Positions 26,322 to 37,565 of a stretch of 46,024 nucleotides of DNA are shown here, piece after piece. A program made the translations under genes and the position numbers. The notes under the pieces are model-generated. The model worked only from the letters and a program-made list of their open reading frames with translations, did no database searches and was not told where the DNA came from. Numbering within the stretch: the stretch's first letter is position 1; every line of letters begins with the position of its first letter. The stretch is from Squatina squatina (taxonomy: Eukaryota), in assembly GCA_031763465.1 (NCBI GenBank), contig JARFOE010000192.1, forward strand, positions 5,119,737 through 5,165,760, read 5' to 3'.

Positions 26322-28137
26322 CGTGTGCTCAACATGATAACCACTCGTTCAGTAAATAAATTTATGATACTTGAAAGAAATGCTATTGGCTATCATTCTT
26401 TTACTGTGCTGAAAAGAAACTTCAATTGTTCTAAACTACAGCAAAGCGACCTGAAACAGTTGTAAAGCACGGCTAAACATGTAAAGCAACCAGCAGTTCC
26501 ATAACAGTAAATATGTGCAATAGGCTTTGATAATACCAAAATGCAAGCTAAACTAAAGTAGAGGTTCTGTGCAATCAGCCCCTCCCACATAGATTTCACT
26601 GGCGTATTGGTTCACATGCTGCTGATCGTTATTAATGAGCTCATTCTGTGCTGATGAAAACTCTGCTATACTTTTGACTTCAGCCAATGCTGTGGAGAAA
26701 TGCTGACATCTTGCTCTTCTTTTGCATCACTAGTTCACAGGTGTGAGTGTGAGTACGTGGCTAAACTTGCTTTATTAACCCAGGCTGTGCAATTCTGGAA
26801 TATTCTATGCAGATTGGCATTTATTGTGCCCTCAACAATCCTTAACAAGCGAGTTTGGTTTATTTCAGCTCATTTCTATTAAGACGTTTTGCATAGAGGT
26901 TATGGTAAAAATAGAAGTACCAAAACTGGGTTTGCTCACCAGTTGACTTGTGTCTATTTCTATAATAAACTTAAGCTAGAGGAGAAAATAGAGCTGTTTA
27001 CTATTTTAACCTAGTAACCACAGGGTATGAATCTTTGCAGAAACCTACTGTTAGTTGTATGTATAGAATATGTTTAATGTCACTTTAAAAAAGATTTCAA
27101 TGTACTTAAACTACTGACACAAGCTTTGAAAAGGAAACTTGTGCGAAAGGTTGCTTACTTCTCTTACCCTTCATTTAAAAATAAAGATTTTGGGGTATAT
27201 AGTGCTTTTCACATTCTCAGGGTTCCCCAAAGTGTTTCATAGCCAGTGGAGTACTTTTGAAGTATAGTCACTATGTTTCATGCACACAGCATTGAGATGA
27301 GTGACTTGTTAATCAGTTTTGGTGGTGTCGGTTAAGAGAAGAACATTGGCCATAAAATTCAGAGAACTCCCTGCTCTCTTTGAAAAAGTGCNNNNNNNNN
27401 NNNNNNNNNNNNNNNNNNNNNNNNNNNNNNNNNNNNNNNNNNNNNNNNNNNNNNNNNNNNNNNNNNNNNNNNNNNNNNNNNNNNNNNNNNNCTGCGTGTC
27501 GAGTCTGCTCAATGATGACAGACCCGATATTGGGAAAGGCGTGTGGCGGCCGGTTCACAACATGTTCCCGACCCGCTGGGGAAAAACAAACTTTCCCACC
27601 CACTCCGCCATCAATCCCGCCCGCTGACCCCATGGAAAATCTCGATCACAGTCTGTCTTTCTGAACAGAAATTAATCCATCCTACAGTGCCAGCTACTTC
27701 GCTTAAAAACACCGTAAACTACCAGTTTCTGATGCGTATATTCAGGAACAGATTGTATGATTTCTAAAATACGTGAAATACACAAACATGAAAAGTTATT
27801 TGTGCCCTTGCTGTCTACTGGTAACAAATTTTATTTGGTGCCTTACTTGTAACTGCTGTTTTTAAAGCATTCTGGATACAATTCATTCCTTGTTCGTATG
27901 CAGGCCACAGAAATTGTAATATAATTAGAATGGTATTTTCAAAATATATATAACTTTGTCTTCTTTGTTGTGCCAGAAATTCTGCAAAACTGTTCACATG
28001 AAAACAACACATCACTTCAATATATTGAGGAAAATAAAAATCATTCTGCTTTAGCTATTAGAACACGGTTTCCTTTTTGCAGATTTCATTGTTTATAAAT
28101 GTTACATTTAAAGTTTTGATAGTTTCCCACAGCTTAC

Positions 28138-28240
28138 TCTCTTCTGCAGGAACACCGAACAGTCTGCCTATGTACTACCTCTACAGATGTGAAACAGTAT
28201 AAAACTCCCTGCAAGCTCATCTTTGAATGAGGCTATTAAA
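28138..28240 (-). other. Candidate non-coding first exon of SLC39A12 (5' limit uncertain)
   Basis: Non-repetitive sequence between the MRC1 3' end and the SLC39A12 coding exons, ending in AGA|GTAAGC. Positional evidence only. Confidence 0.3.
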
Positions 28241-28737
28241 CTGAATGGTCGTATATTATGACATTATTCATTAATAGGGAATCAAAATTGATCGAAGGAT
28301 GCAAAGTTTGAGCAATTTTTTGTCTTTTTTTAAATTCACAAAATATTGTTTAATCTTATATATACTTACATGTTTGTTTTTAAAACTAAACAACCAGATG
28401 ACTGTGGACTTTAAAGACTTTGTTTTGATATCATTGTTTTTTGCTAAAAGCATATGCTTTTAATGACTATATCTATGTGTGTGTTGTTTGCATGTTTTCT
28501 TCATTGGAACCCTTAACCAGTTAGTTACAATAATCACTTGAGCAGTCGGTCAAGCAACTAAAGAATATCAACACCAGTGGTTTCTTTGTCATGATGCCAT
28601 AAGCTGTCACCTCTTTCCTATTTACATCAGAAACCGAGTGTAATTATTGTAAGAGTAAAATTACTGAAGTACTGAACATGTTAATGCTAAAAGATTATAC
28701 TCAGAAGATTGGCCATTAATAAAAATAGAAGTAATCT

Positions 28738-28765
28738 ATATGTATATATATATATATATATATTA
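28738..28765. repeat. (TA)n microsatellite
   Basis: Direct reading of the sequence. Confidence 0.85.
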
Positions 28766-28919
28766 TAAAAAGACAGCAATATAGCAAAATAATTATGGAG
28801 TCAAGTGCAAAACATTGCAGCAAAAGCATGCTTTAGCCAAATACTCATGTTGCTAAAGCTGGTTTCCAGTCTAACTGCATACAGATTTATTTCACTACAT
28901 TTTAAACTATTTTTACAAA

Positions 28920-29161
28920 TTACATTAAGCCTTGTTCATTCTATTCTATATTTGTCACGAGAGATTTCATATCACAGGGCCCAGCTGTAAGCTCTCTGTT
29001 GAAATAAAGAGTGTTATCGAAATTTGTATCCACATCTGTTGTCTTCATCCTGTGCTTTCGAATGAAGTAGCCTGCAAGAACTGCTCCTACAGCACAGACA
29101 ATAACCAGCACCACCACAATCCCTGTTATGCCGTGTGATGTGGTCTCTTTCGGCTGCAAAA
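28920..29161 (-). CDS. MRC1: MRC1 last exon: transmembrane helix and cytoplasmic tail (TAG at 28943-28941, probable ancestral TAA at 28922-28920)
   Basis: GITGIVVVLVIVCAVGAVLAGYFI-RKHR...NFDNTLYFN...DMKSLVTNIE*NEQGLM*. FDNTLY corresponds to the MRC1 FENTLY endocytosis motif. A polypyrimidine acceptor precedes 29161. Confidence 0.9.
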
Positions 29162-29249
29162 CTGATAAAGGAAGAAAAACACAATTAACTTACAAAGTAA
29201 TGTCATCAAAGATAATACCCAACAGGAGGAGGCCATTCAGCCAGTCAGG

Positions 29250-29475
29250 CATAAAAAGACAAAATGCTGGAATTACTGAGCAGGTCAGACACCATTTGTG
29301 GAGAGAGAGACAAAGTTAATGTTTCAGGTCAATGACCTTAGATCAGAACTGATGAAAGGACACCTGAAACATTAACTCTGTTTCTCTCTCCACAGATACT
29401 GCCTGACCTGCTGAGGATTTCCAGCATTTTGTGTTTCTATTTCAGATTTCCAGCATCCACAGTATTTTGCTTTTG
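29250..29475. mobile_element. Penelope-associated palindromic terminal element with hammerhead-like cores
   Basis: ~70-bp inverted arms spanning 29259-29432; CTGATGA...GAAAC core; a Penelope ORF fragment lies across the next gap. Confidence 0.7.
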
Positions 29476-29616
29476 GACACCTGTACAGGTGCCAGCTATT
29501 AAATTGGAGGAATCTGNNNNNNNNNNNNNNNNNNNNNNNNNNNNNNNNNNNNNNNNNNNNNNNNNNNNNNNNNNNNNNNNNNNNNNNNNNNNNNNNNNNN
29601 NNNNNNNNNNNNNNNN

Positions 29617-29692
29617 AGGGGAATCCTCAGTTGAGGAAAAAGGAAGACATGTCGGAAGCGTTGGTTTGGAAGGTGGCATCATCAGTGAAAGG
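29617..29692 (-). mobile_element. Penelope-like retroelement ORF fragment
   Basis: TDDATFQTNASDMSSFFLN*GFP resembles the PLE region C-terminal to RT (CSDDxxF...F.xRGFP); the TGA is probably from CpG decay. Confidence 0.65.
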
Positions 29693-29768
29693 GGAGCTAA
29701 CTGAACAGAGGGTGGGATTATTTAAACTGGTGTCAGATTTGACTTATTTAGCAGTAAATTCTTCTTAC

Positions 29769-29888
29769 CTTCAGACATCCTTCTTCCACAGGTATCACCT
29801 CCTCCTGCCCTGGTTGCTTTGGAAGTGGTTTGCGTTTGCAGATATATCCATATTGTTTTTCGCACACATGATCTGCCCAATTACCATC
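29769..29888 (-). CDS. MRC1: MRC1 CTLD2 C-terminal/linker exon (exon 9 equivalent)
   Basis: DGNWADHVCEKQYGYICKRKPLPKQPGQEEVIPVEEGCLK. Acceptor tttcag, donor AAG|GTAAGA, 120 nt, phase 0-0. Confidence 0.92.
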
Positions 29889-30094
29889 CTGAAAGAGACA
29901 AGAAATGCACCAACATTCACTTAAAATGGGATCGCAGCTGGATTCACCCAATGCCCACAGATGCTCCTTTATAGATGCCATTAAGCTTCAGAAAACTTTC
30001 TCATCAGCCCCACATTGCAGCAAAATACTTGATGGTGAACTTGGGACCATACACTGTCTCTTCCCCATACCCCTTTACTCCACTGTAGTTCAAA

Positions 30095-30575
30095 AATCAG
30101 TCCATCTCACCTTTGAATATATTCAATGACTCAGCCTCCACAGCTCTCTATGGATTTACAAAGACCCTCTGAGAGAAGAAATTCATCCTCATTTCTGCCT
30201 TAAATGGGTGAACCCTTATTCTAAAACTATGCCCCTTAGTTCCAGATTTCTCCAAAAGGGGAAACATCCTCTCAGCATCTACCCTGTCAAGCCCCCTCAG
30301 AATCTTATATGTTTCAATAAGATCACCTTTCATTCTTCTAAACTTCAATAAGTAAAGGCCCGATCTACTCAGCCTTTCCTCATAAGACAACCCCTTCATC
30401 TCAGGAATCAACCCAGTGAACCTTCTCTGAACTGTCTCCAATGCAAGTTTATCCCTCCTCAAATAAGGAGACCCAAACTGTATGCAGTACTCTAGGTGTG
30501 GTCTCACCAGCGCCCTATACAATCATAGCAAGACTTCCCTACTTTTATACTCCATCCCCCTTGCAATAAAGGCCT
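30095..30575 (-). mobile_element. CR1 LINE ORF2 C-terminal fragment
   Basis: YRALVRPHLEYC...LETVQRRFT...LSYEERL...GDLIETYKIL...FFSQRV. Confidence 0.95.
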
Positions 30576-31577
30576 TCCAGATGGGTGTAATGCTTTCAAC
30601 CATAATTTTTTTTTAACAAAGANNNNNNNNNNNNNNNNNNNNNNNNNNNNNNNNNNNNNNNNNNNNNNNNNNNNNNNNNNNNNNNNNNNNNNNNNNNNNN
30701 NNNNNNNNNNNNNNNNNNNNNNTGCCCCTTCCTGATACCTTTTCATAATTCTCCTTCCCCTCATCTCGAGCTCGTTTGACAGGTTGGACATCTTCTTTTA
30801 TTTTGAATACTAAAGGGGTTAGGACGGCAGAGTAGAATTGAGGTAGAAGATCAGTCATGATCTTATTGAATGGCGGAGCAGGCTCGAAGAGTAAATGTTC
30901 TCGAGGCACTGTTCAAAGGATTATCCTGGTGTCCTGGCCAACATTGACACTTAAACTATCACTAAAAAGCAGATTATATGGGTAAAATTGATCTATGCTA
31001 GTAGTGCGAACGGGCTCAGTGAATCGACAGCCCGTTTCACACTGCCCTTGTAAATTTCGATGTTCATTATCAAGATCTATGTTATATACAAACAATTCAA
31101 CATGGAGATAGATTATCTAGCATCCAGTGCTTTAAAAAAAATGCAGTAACCGGGTCAATCCAAATGAACTGAGCCTCTCTGCTATGTTCCATCAGTAACT
31201 CGAAAGTGTCATTAGGCTCAACAAGCCAATTGATTTTCATGGAGGCTATAAACATATAATTGCCTTCTCACCAAGTTCCTCAATCTGTTCTCCAGAAACA
31301 ATTTTAAATGAACCCATTTATACATTTCATTTCAGTGACCTTTCAAAGAAAGTTCCCATCAGACAATTCTCTCCCCTCCTCAACATTCCTGAATTGATTT
31401 GAAATCCTATCTCTATGCTCCAGAAAATATTTTTTGAACTGTTCAATATAGAAAATTTCACTGTGAAGAGTTCTGTTAAAATTACACCATGCTCAAATTA
31501 GCAAACATGAATACCTTTTCTAACTGATACATTTTGTCATAATTTGCAAAGTTAATAAACTTTACTGTAACCCTCAC

Positions 31578-31735
31578 CTTTGTCTTCATCACAACACAGT
31601 CCTCTTGCTTATTCTCAAAGTGACTTGGTTCTTTTTGCAGCCAGGTAGTAAAAGTCACTGAGGATCCATCTGTCCATTCGAACAGCATCTGCGTCTTAAG
31701 ATCATTCATTCCAATCCACAGCTCATCAGTGGATA
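31578..31735 (-). CDS. MRC1: MRC1 CTLD2 exon (exon 8 equivalent)
   Basis: STDELWIGMNDLKTQMLFEWTDGSSVTFTTWLQKEPSHFENKQEDCVVMKTK. Acceptor ttgcag, donor AAG|GTGAGG, 158 nt, phase 1-0. Confidence 0.93.
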
Positions 31736-33099
31736 CTGCAATAGATTCAAACACAATGCATTTTAACAGATGGAATTTAATTCCAAGCATGCAGAATATC
31801 TTGAAGGATAGGGTAGATTTTCCTCTACCAGGCCCCTGGAGAACTGGTGCCCCTTGGTGCAGAGAAGAGGAAAATAGAGCGTAGATGTGATGCATCAGGT
31901 CACCTTCCCACCTGCGCTGTCCCAGGATATCCTGGATCTACCCCTATCTGCGTGGGTGTGTCTGTAGAAGAGTACAGGCCCAGCACTGGTCATTTAGTAA
32001 GACTGGAGGAGGCATTCCCAGATTCCCACTTCATTCCAGCTCCAGGTATGCTCATTGAGTGCCATAGACCTTTTGTGCAGAGGTCTGCTCGCAACCCCGA
32101 ATGGAACACAGGGTCTGCAGAGTAATATGTTTAGTGGCACCCATCCTTGCTGTCCCCAGGGATGATTTCAGGCACTCACAGCCTTCTGGCTGCTGCTCTC
32201 CACTCATCTTGCTGGCCCAGAGTATAACTGCAGGCCTGTGCTTGTATTTCCATTCCCAAATTTAGGCACATAGCCCCACCAGGTGAGCAGGTCCATGTTT
32301 GGAGTTCCCGTAGGAGGTGAAAACATTGCATCCTCACAGGTGCAGCACACCAGAAGCGCATGGGGTCTGTCAGGCACCTGTATTGGGAAATCTCTAAAAA
32401 CTCTGAATATAATTCACAATGGAATTACCTGCTATAGAAAATATTACTGTTGAAAGAAGCTTATAATTGTTTGCTTTCATTGAAAATATCATAAGCTTCA
32501 ATATCATAAGCTTCAAAATTGTTGGTGATGTCCTATTAAGGGGCCAGCTAGGTTTTTGAGAAGCACGACACGTACAGGTTAACTCCTCCCTTACCATATG
32601 GTTTCTGGAGCTGCACTAAAATATGTGACTTAAATCCTGCATAACAGGCCAACCAATGAAACAGAAGTAATAATCCTGATAACCAGCTGTGAATTGCAAC
32701 TACGAGCCTGCTTCTAAACAGCTGGAATAACACTGTGGTGAGAAATGTATTAAAAGTGTCAAACTCTAATGAGTATTTGGATTCAAAAAAGGTCTGATTC
32801 ATCTGTATGTTGAGCTCAGAACTGTAACGCGTTTGGGTCCCCAATCTATCCATCCCCGGATCGGTAGTAAGTACTATCTGTTAAGTGCATGTTAAGTACG
32901 ATTCCACAGACTGCACACTTAGTAAACTATGAACACTGACCCCAATGTGTAAGAACCCGACCAATTTGAGGAGTTGATAAAGAATGGAATCATAAATGGG
33001 TACAGTTACTTTACAGATGGTGTGCAGCTTTAAGAAATGGCATCGCTGTGGCACTCATTGCCTGACATTTTGAATTCGTGTTTGGTGCACCAACCATTG

Positions 33100-33950
33100 C
33101 TGGTTCACCAGCTAGTTTCTCTGTTATTTTCACACTCTTGCTGTGCTGTGGCTTTGCTATCCTGTTTTTCAGTCCACACGGTAAGGCGTCTTCACCAGGC
33201 TAAATGCAACACGTGCAGTAGCTGACTTTTATTCAAGAATCCTTTGGCTGGCTTGTACTTTAAGGTGTAACCCCCCTCAGCCACCCCCAACTGAACCTGA
33301 ACAGTCGAGACATCTGAAGCACACCTTGAGAATCCCAATGGTATGTTCAAAAGTCATTCTGATTATAGCACTTGCTTTGTTGTTCCTGTGTTCAGATTAT
33401 CCCCATGACTGGCGGAATGGAAATGTCTGCAGAGATTTGTTTTGATCCCCAAGGAGCCATTCTTCTATTCTTCATTTCCCCTGGCATGGATGATTTACTT
33501 AAAATAAAGGCATTGCAGGAGGATCTGGGAAGCAGGCATTCACCGACAGGTTCTGTACTGCTGGTTGCATACCCGTGAAGTATTCAAAGAACAAAATCCT
33601 TTCATACAGGGCACAGCATTGTACGTAGGCCCAAATGCAATATGGGTGTAATTGATGGCCTCCTGAACTCTAGGCAAACCATCCATGGAATTGTGTTATT
33701 CTCTCAATGTTGCTGTTGGTCAACAACAAATGTATTTTCTGAATAACATATTTGTGACTTCCTTGATGCACTTGTGGACAGCAAACTGGCTGACACTGTA
33801 AAAGTACCGAGTATTGGCCTGGAAGAGACCAGACACACACAAACTGAGGGTGGATGTCAGATTATGTTCATAGATCCTCCTGAAGGCGATGGCACAGCTG
33901 TGTCCCAGCTTCCCATGAAGTCTCAGCCTCATTAGGTACATGTCTTCTGC
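33100..33950 (-). mobile_element. Decayed PIF/Harbinger (HARBI1-like) DDE transposase
   Basis: Colinear motifs across frames: SGLFQ...VSQFAVHKCIKEVT, GLPRVQEAINYTHIA (GAIDCTH), KGFCSLN, VNACFP, FEHTIGILKVCFRCLD. Confidence 0.85.
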
Positions 33951-36539
33951 CCTTGCCAGCAGCTATGTCTGGTATTGTAGTTCTACTGTGTTGCATCCCA
34001 GTGGGACGTGATGATATGTCGAGTGCGTTACCTGACATTGAGGGCTCATTCAATGAATGATATCGCCCTATCCCCATAAAGTTATACCATTTAGTACTCA
34101 CAATATCCAAGCTATGTAATGATAAAGCTGTGTTCTTCAACATTGTGAATGCTAGCTAGGTCTCCTTCTTCCTTTCGACAGGCTGTCAAAGACTCCTGCC
34201 ATGTCTTGAGATCTCTGCGTAGAATATAGCAATAACCTGCAAACGATTGCCATCCCTTTGGGCAAGAAATGGGTACATCGATCACTGAAAGACAGAGTCA
34301 AATGAAGTTTTTTTTTAAGTCTTTTTAAGTCTAACACATGTCAATGAACTTCAAAGAATTCCAAGTAAAAGACAATCCACTAAATCCAGACTCCTGCCTG
34401 TCATTCTCATTGCTGAGTTTTGTTGTATGTGTTTTCCCATTGGGTTGCATGCATATGTAATGAATTTACTTGAACCTTGGGGTGCATAGGTACTAGTCCT
34501 GAATCAACCAGCTTTCTCACCAACAGACACCACTGAAATCAAGCACAGATCCACTCTATGGACTATCAGGCATACTATGTATAAATAATAGGGAAAGGAT
34601 CTAAAAGCTATCTTCAGGAATGTTGTTGGAGTTACAGTTACCTGGACACTCATGAGAGAATACAACAAGAGAGAGCTCTCCCGGTGATTCACCGAGCTGA
34701 GACAATATCATGTTCAATCCACAGACTGTTTAATTAGCTGACCTGAGCTTGGATGGTGGCTTGGGTACTGCCATTGACCTCAACAGCTTGAGGTCGTGAA
34801 AGGCGAAATGTAAATTCAAGTCTTTCTTTCTTGCCTTATACTGTTGAAATAACTTCTTCTAACTTGTCGTCCAATGCCATCCAGAATTTGCCTGATTAGT
34901 AACTGCCTCACTCTGACGAGATGCTTTCAGTGTATGTCTAATAACCACTTCTTTGTCTATGACTTACCCAATTTGAATTTGTTATTTTAATTATTTTTGT
35001 TACTTTTCTTGTTGATTATTCATCTGGCTTCTTTTGTTTAAAACGAGTTTGCATAATTCATCACTCCCTGCAGTTGTAATGGGTCACCCCTCTAAGAGGC
35101 GGTACTTGTCGGATTTAACCCAATCCCACAATTCACATTGTTATACCTGAAATCGAAGTCTTTCAAATGGGTGTGGTGCCATTGAATTGCTAGGCTCGAG
35201 AACTTCACAGGGAAGCCATTTGTAATATGTTACTAGACGGTTCGATATCTTGTGTATATTTGAAATGCACAAGAAACATGTTCCACTAAAACTACAGAAG
35301 TCTGTGGAGGAAGGAAAAAACGTGCGGCTAGTTTAGGGACCTGTTATAAGGGCTTGAGTGTGATTCAGTGAAGATTTGGAGGAGAGCCAGGATGGACTGA
35401 ACTTTTAGCATTGGGAAATCCTTGCTTTCTAACCTAGCTTCCATTTGACATGGATCCCATGCTTCAGGCTATTTACTTTCCTGTTTCTTCCTTTGTCCTG
35501 AGCAAACATCATTAATCTGGAATTGTTGATCACTGACTGATCTTCCAACAATTACAAAACTTTGTTTTGGCCACAATTAGAGTACTGTGTGCAGTTTTGG
35601 GTGCTCTAGAAAGGATAATAAAGCCATTAAGTTCAAACAGTGCGGAAATTCGTTTGCGTCCCGTTGGGGCACTTATTGGGTGGGAGCCTGCATTTCTCGC
35701 GCTGGCATCCGCCCCGCTCCACCCGCCACAGAATTAGTTGCACCAGCGCAGGATCAAGCCGTAGCGCTCTCCCGGCCGGAACTGGGGTGGCTGGCCCGGA
35801 ACGTCACTGGCGTGGCTTCAGCGCCAAGACAGCAACATCATTTGCGCCACATCAGCATGCTGACATCAGGAGCACTGCCAGGCTTCCCTTAAAGGGGAGG
35901 GCCGTGGTCTGCCACTGGGCCATCAGGGACACCGACGACCGGGCCAGTCGGCATGCCAGGTGAGATGGTAGCCTGATCCGGCTGTGGGCCGCCATCATTC
36001 AGCCAACATGAGAGTCGGCCAATAAATCAAGATGGCGGCCGTAGGCGCACACGCCCTCCTCTTTAAGTGAGGCTGTTGGAGNNNNNNNNNNNNNNNNNNN
36101 NNNNNNNNNNNNNNNNNNNNNNNNNNNNNNNNNNNNNNNNNNNNNNNNNNNNNNNNNNNNNNNNNNNNNNNNNNNNNNNNNAGAGAAAATGAGAGCTGCA
36201 GACAGAGGGAGAAAACAGCAAGATCCACGCAGGTCCTTCAGCCTATATCTTCCAGGGCCAATTGAAAACACAGCAGGGTGGGACTTCTGCCCACTTACTC
36301 ATTGCGTCTGTAGCCAACAGCATTTTCCAGAGGGGCAGGAGCGCATATGCAGGATTGTTTTAAAGTGGGAATCCTGTCATGGTCTGTTGCCATGTGGGGA
36401 TGTGGATGGGGATGGGGGTGGAGGGGAGCATGGTTTAGCTGCAACTTACAGGCCCAGAAGCTCAGAAAATTCTCTGATAAAGAGAGCGAGAGTGCAATTA
36501 AAGAAGAAAGGGATTAAAATGATAAAAGGAGGGCCAGTA

Positions 36540-36760
36540 TTGGATGTGTCTGCTGTGACCAAAGCCCCAAGACTTACAGAAGCTTCAGTGCAGGCTAACT
36601 ATGGCAGTGATAAGGGCAATAACAGTCAGGCTCTGTACCACCTTACAGGAAGACCCAGAGTGCGGAGTAGCAGTGAGCAGGAATGAGTAAATAGCTGTCT
36701 CTCCCTAAGGAGAGGGGGCAGAAATGACCGCTCCCTACCTCTGGCTGAGGAGTCCAGGGA
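36540..36760 (+). mobile_element. Very decayed Harbinger Myb/SANT-like fragment
   Basis: KAPRLTEASVQA resembles the APRFTDASLEV start of the copy at 44773. Confidence 0.3.
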
Positions 36761-37017
36761 CCCAGATCTCAGAGGCTCGGTCTTCGAACAGAAAATAGTA
36801 CGAAAGCACATAACTCAAGAACAGGCATTGCAGATGGTTTCCATGGTTGTGCTGGAGATAGTGGATGTTGCAACACAATGATACAAGTTTTTGAGGCCAT
36901 TCTGGCACTAACAGATCAATAAAGTTACTAACTTGCTGAATATGGATAATGGAACCTTTGTTTTGTTTGACAATAACATTTAAAAGACACTGTTAGATAT
37001 CTGTAATAATTTGTTAC

Positions 37018-37177
37018 CTGACAGATAAGTCTGTGTGTGTAGCTGTCACACTCAACAAGTCTGAATTTTGTTGCTGACAACTTCTTGCTTCATGCCATGT
37101 CAGAGCTGAATTAGAGTTGATTTGGTAGCAGTTGCCTGTTAAAGGATCTTTATTCCAGAAAGTACTGCAGCTGCTGG
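37018..37177 (-). pseudogene. MRC1: MRC1 CTLD1 first-half exon (exon 4 equivalent) carrying a frameshift
   Basis: FWNKDPLTGNCYQINSNSALTWHEARSCQQQNSDLLSVT, then the conserved end (LHTQTYLSG) is in another frame. Acceptor tttacag, donor CAG|GTAACA; 160 nt is not a multiple of 3. Confidence 0.8.
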
Positions 37178-37444
37178 CTGTAAAAATAGACAGTTTTTAC
37201 TAGCAAATCTGTGTCCTATCTCAGGAAGTACTTAAATCCTCTGTAATAAAAAGACTGCGTATTTATGCAACGCATGTTTACTTGCATCCACATACAAATA
37301 TATACCAGGTCGATGCAGCTTTGCTATTGTTCACTGAGCAATTAATGGTGTTCAAAATCATTGTTTACTGTTAGTCCAGCATGATCATGGCATAAGGAAA
37401 GCTCAGGGAAGTTTGTCGAAAATGTCATTTTTAACCATATTTTT

Positions 37445-37565
37445 AGGTTACGGTGGTTTCCCACATTACAACAGTGACTACACTCCAAAAGTACTTCACT
37501 ATCTGTGAAGCGTTTTGAGATGTCTGGTGGTCATGAAAGGTGCTATATAAATGTAAGTATTTATT
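37445..37565 (+). mobile_element. SINE 3' region with L2-like tail
   Basis: cagtgactacactccaaaagtacttcact...aaaggtgctatataaatgtaag. A reverse-strand relative lies at ~27185-27390. Confidence 0.6.

Noticed and set aside
28938-28946. Programmed readthrough or recoding of the MRC1 TAG
   Set aside because: TAG-A is not a known leaky context (UGA-CUAG type); a point mutation or sequencing error is simpler.
32485-32514. 15-bp direct duplication aatatcataagcttc x2
   Set aside because: A simple local tandem duplication with nothing inserted between the copies, so not a TSD.
34960-35040. GG|GTAAGT donor on the minus strand as a possible missing MRC1 exon
   Set aside because: The upstream sequence is A-rich and has no CTLD motifs.
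35587-36081. GC/CpG-rich ORFs as an exon or CpG-island promoter (also 24600-25016 and 9485-9800)
   Set aside because: No recognisable protein. Abrupt boundaries with TIR-like starts next to gaps point to non-autonomous DNA transposons.
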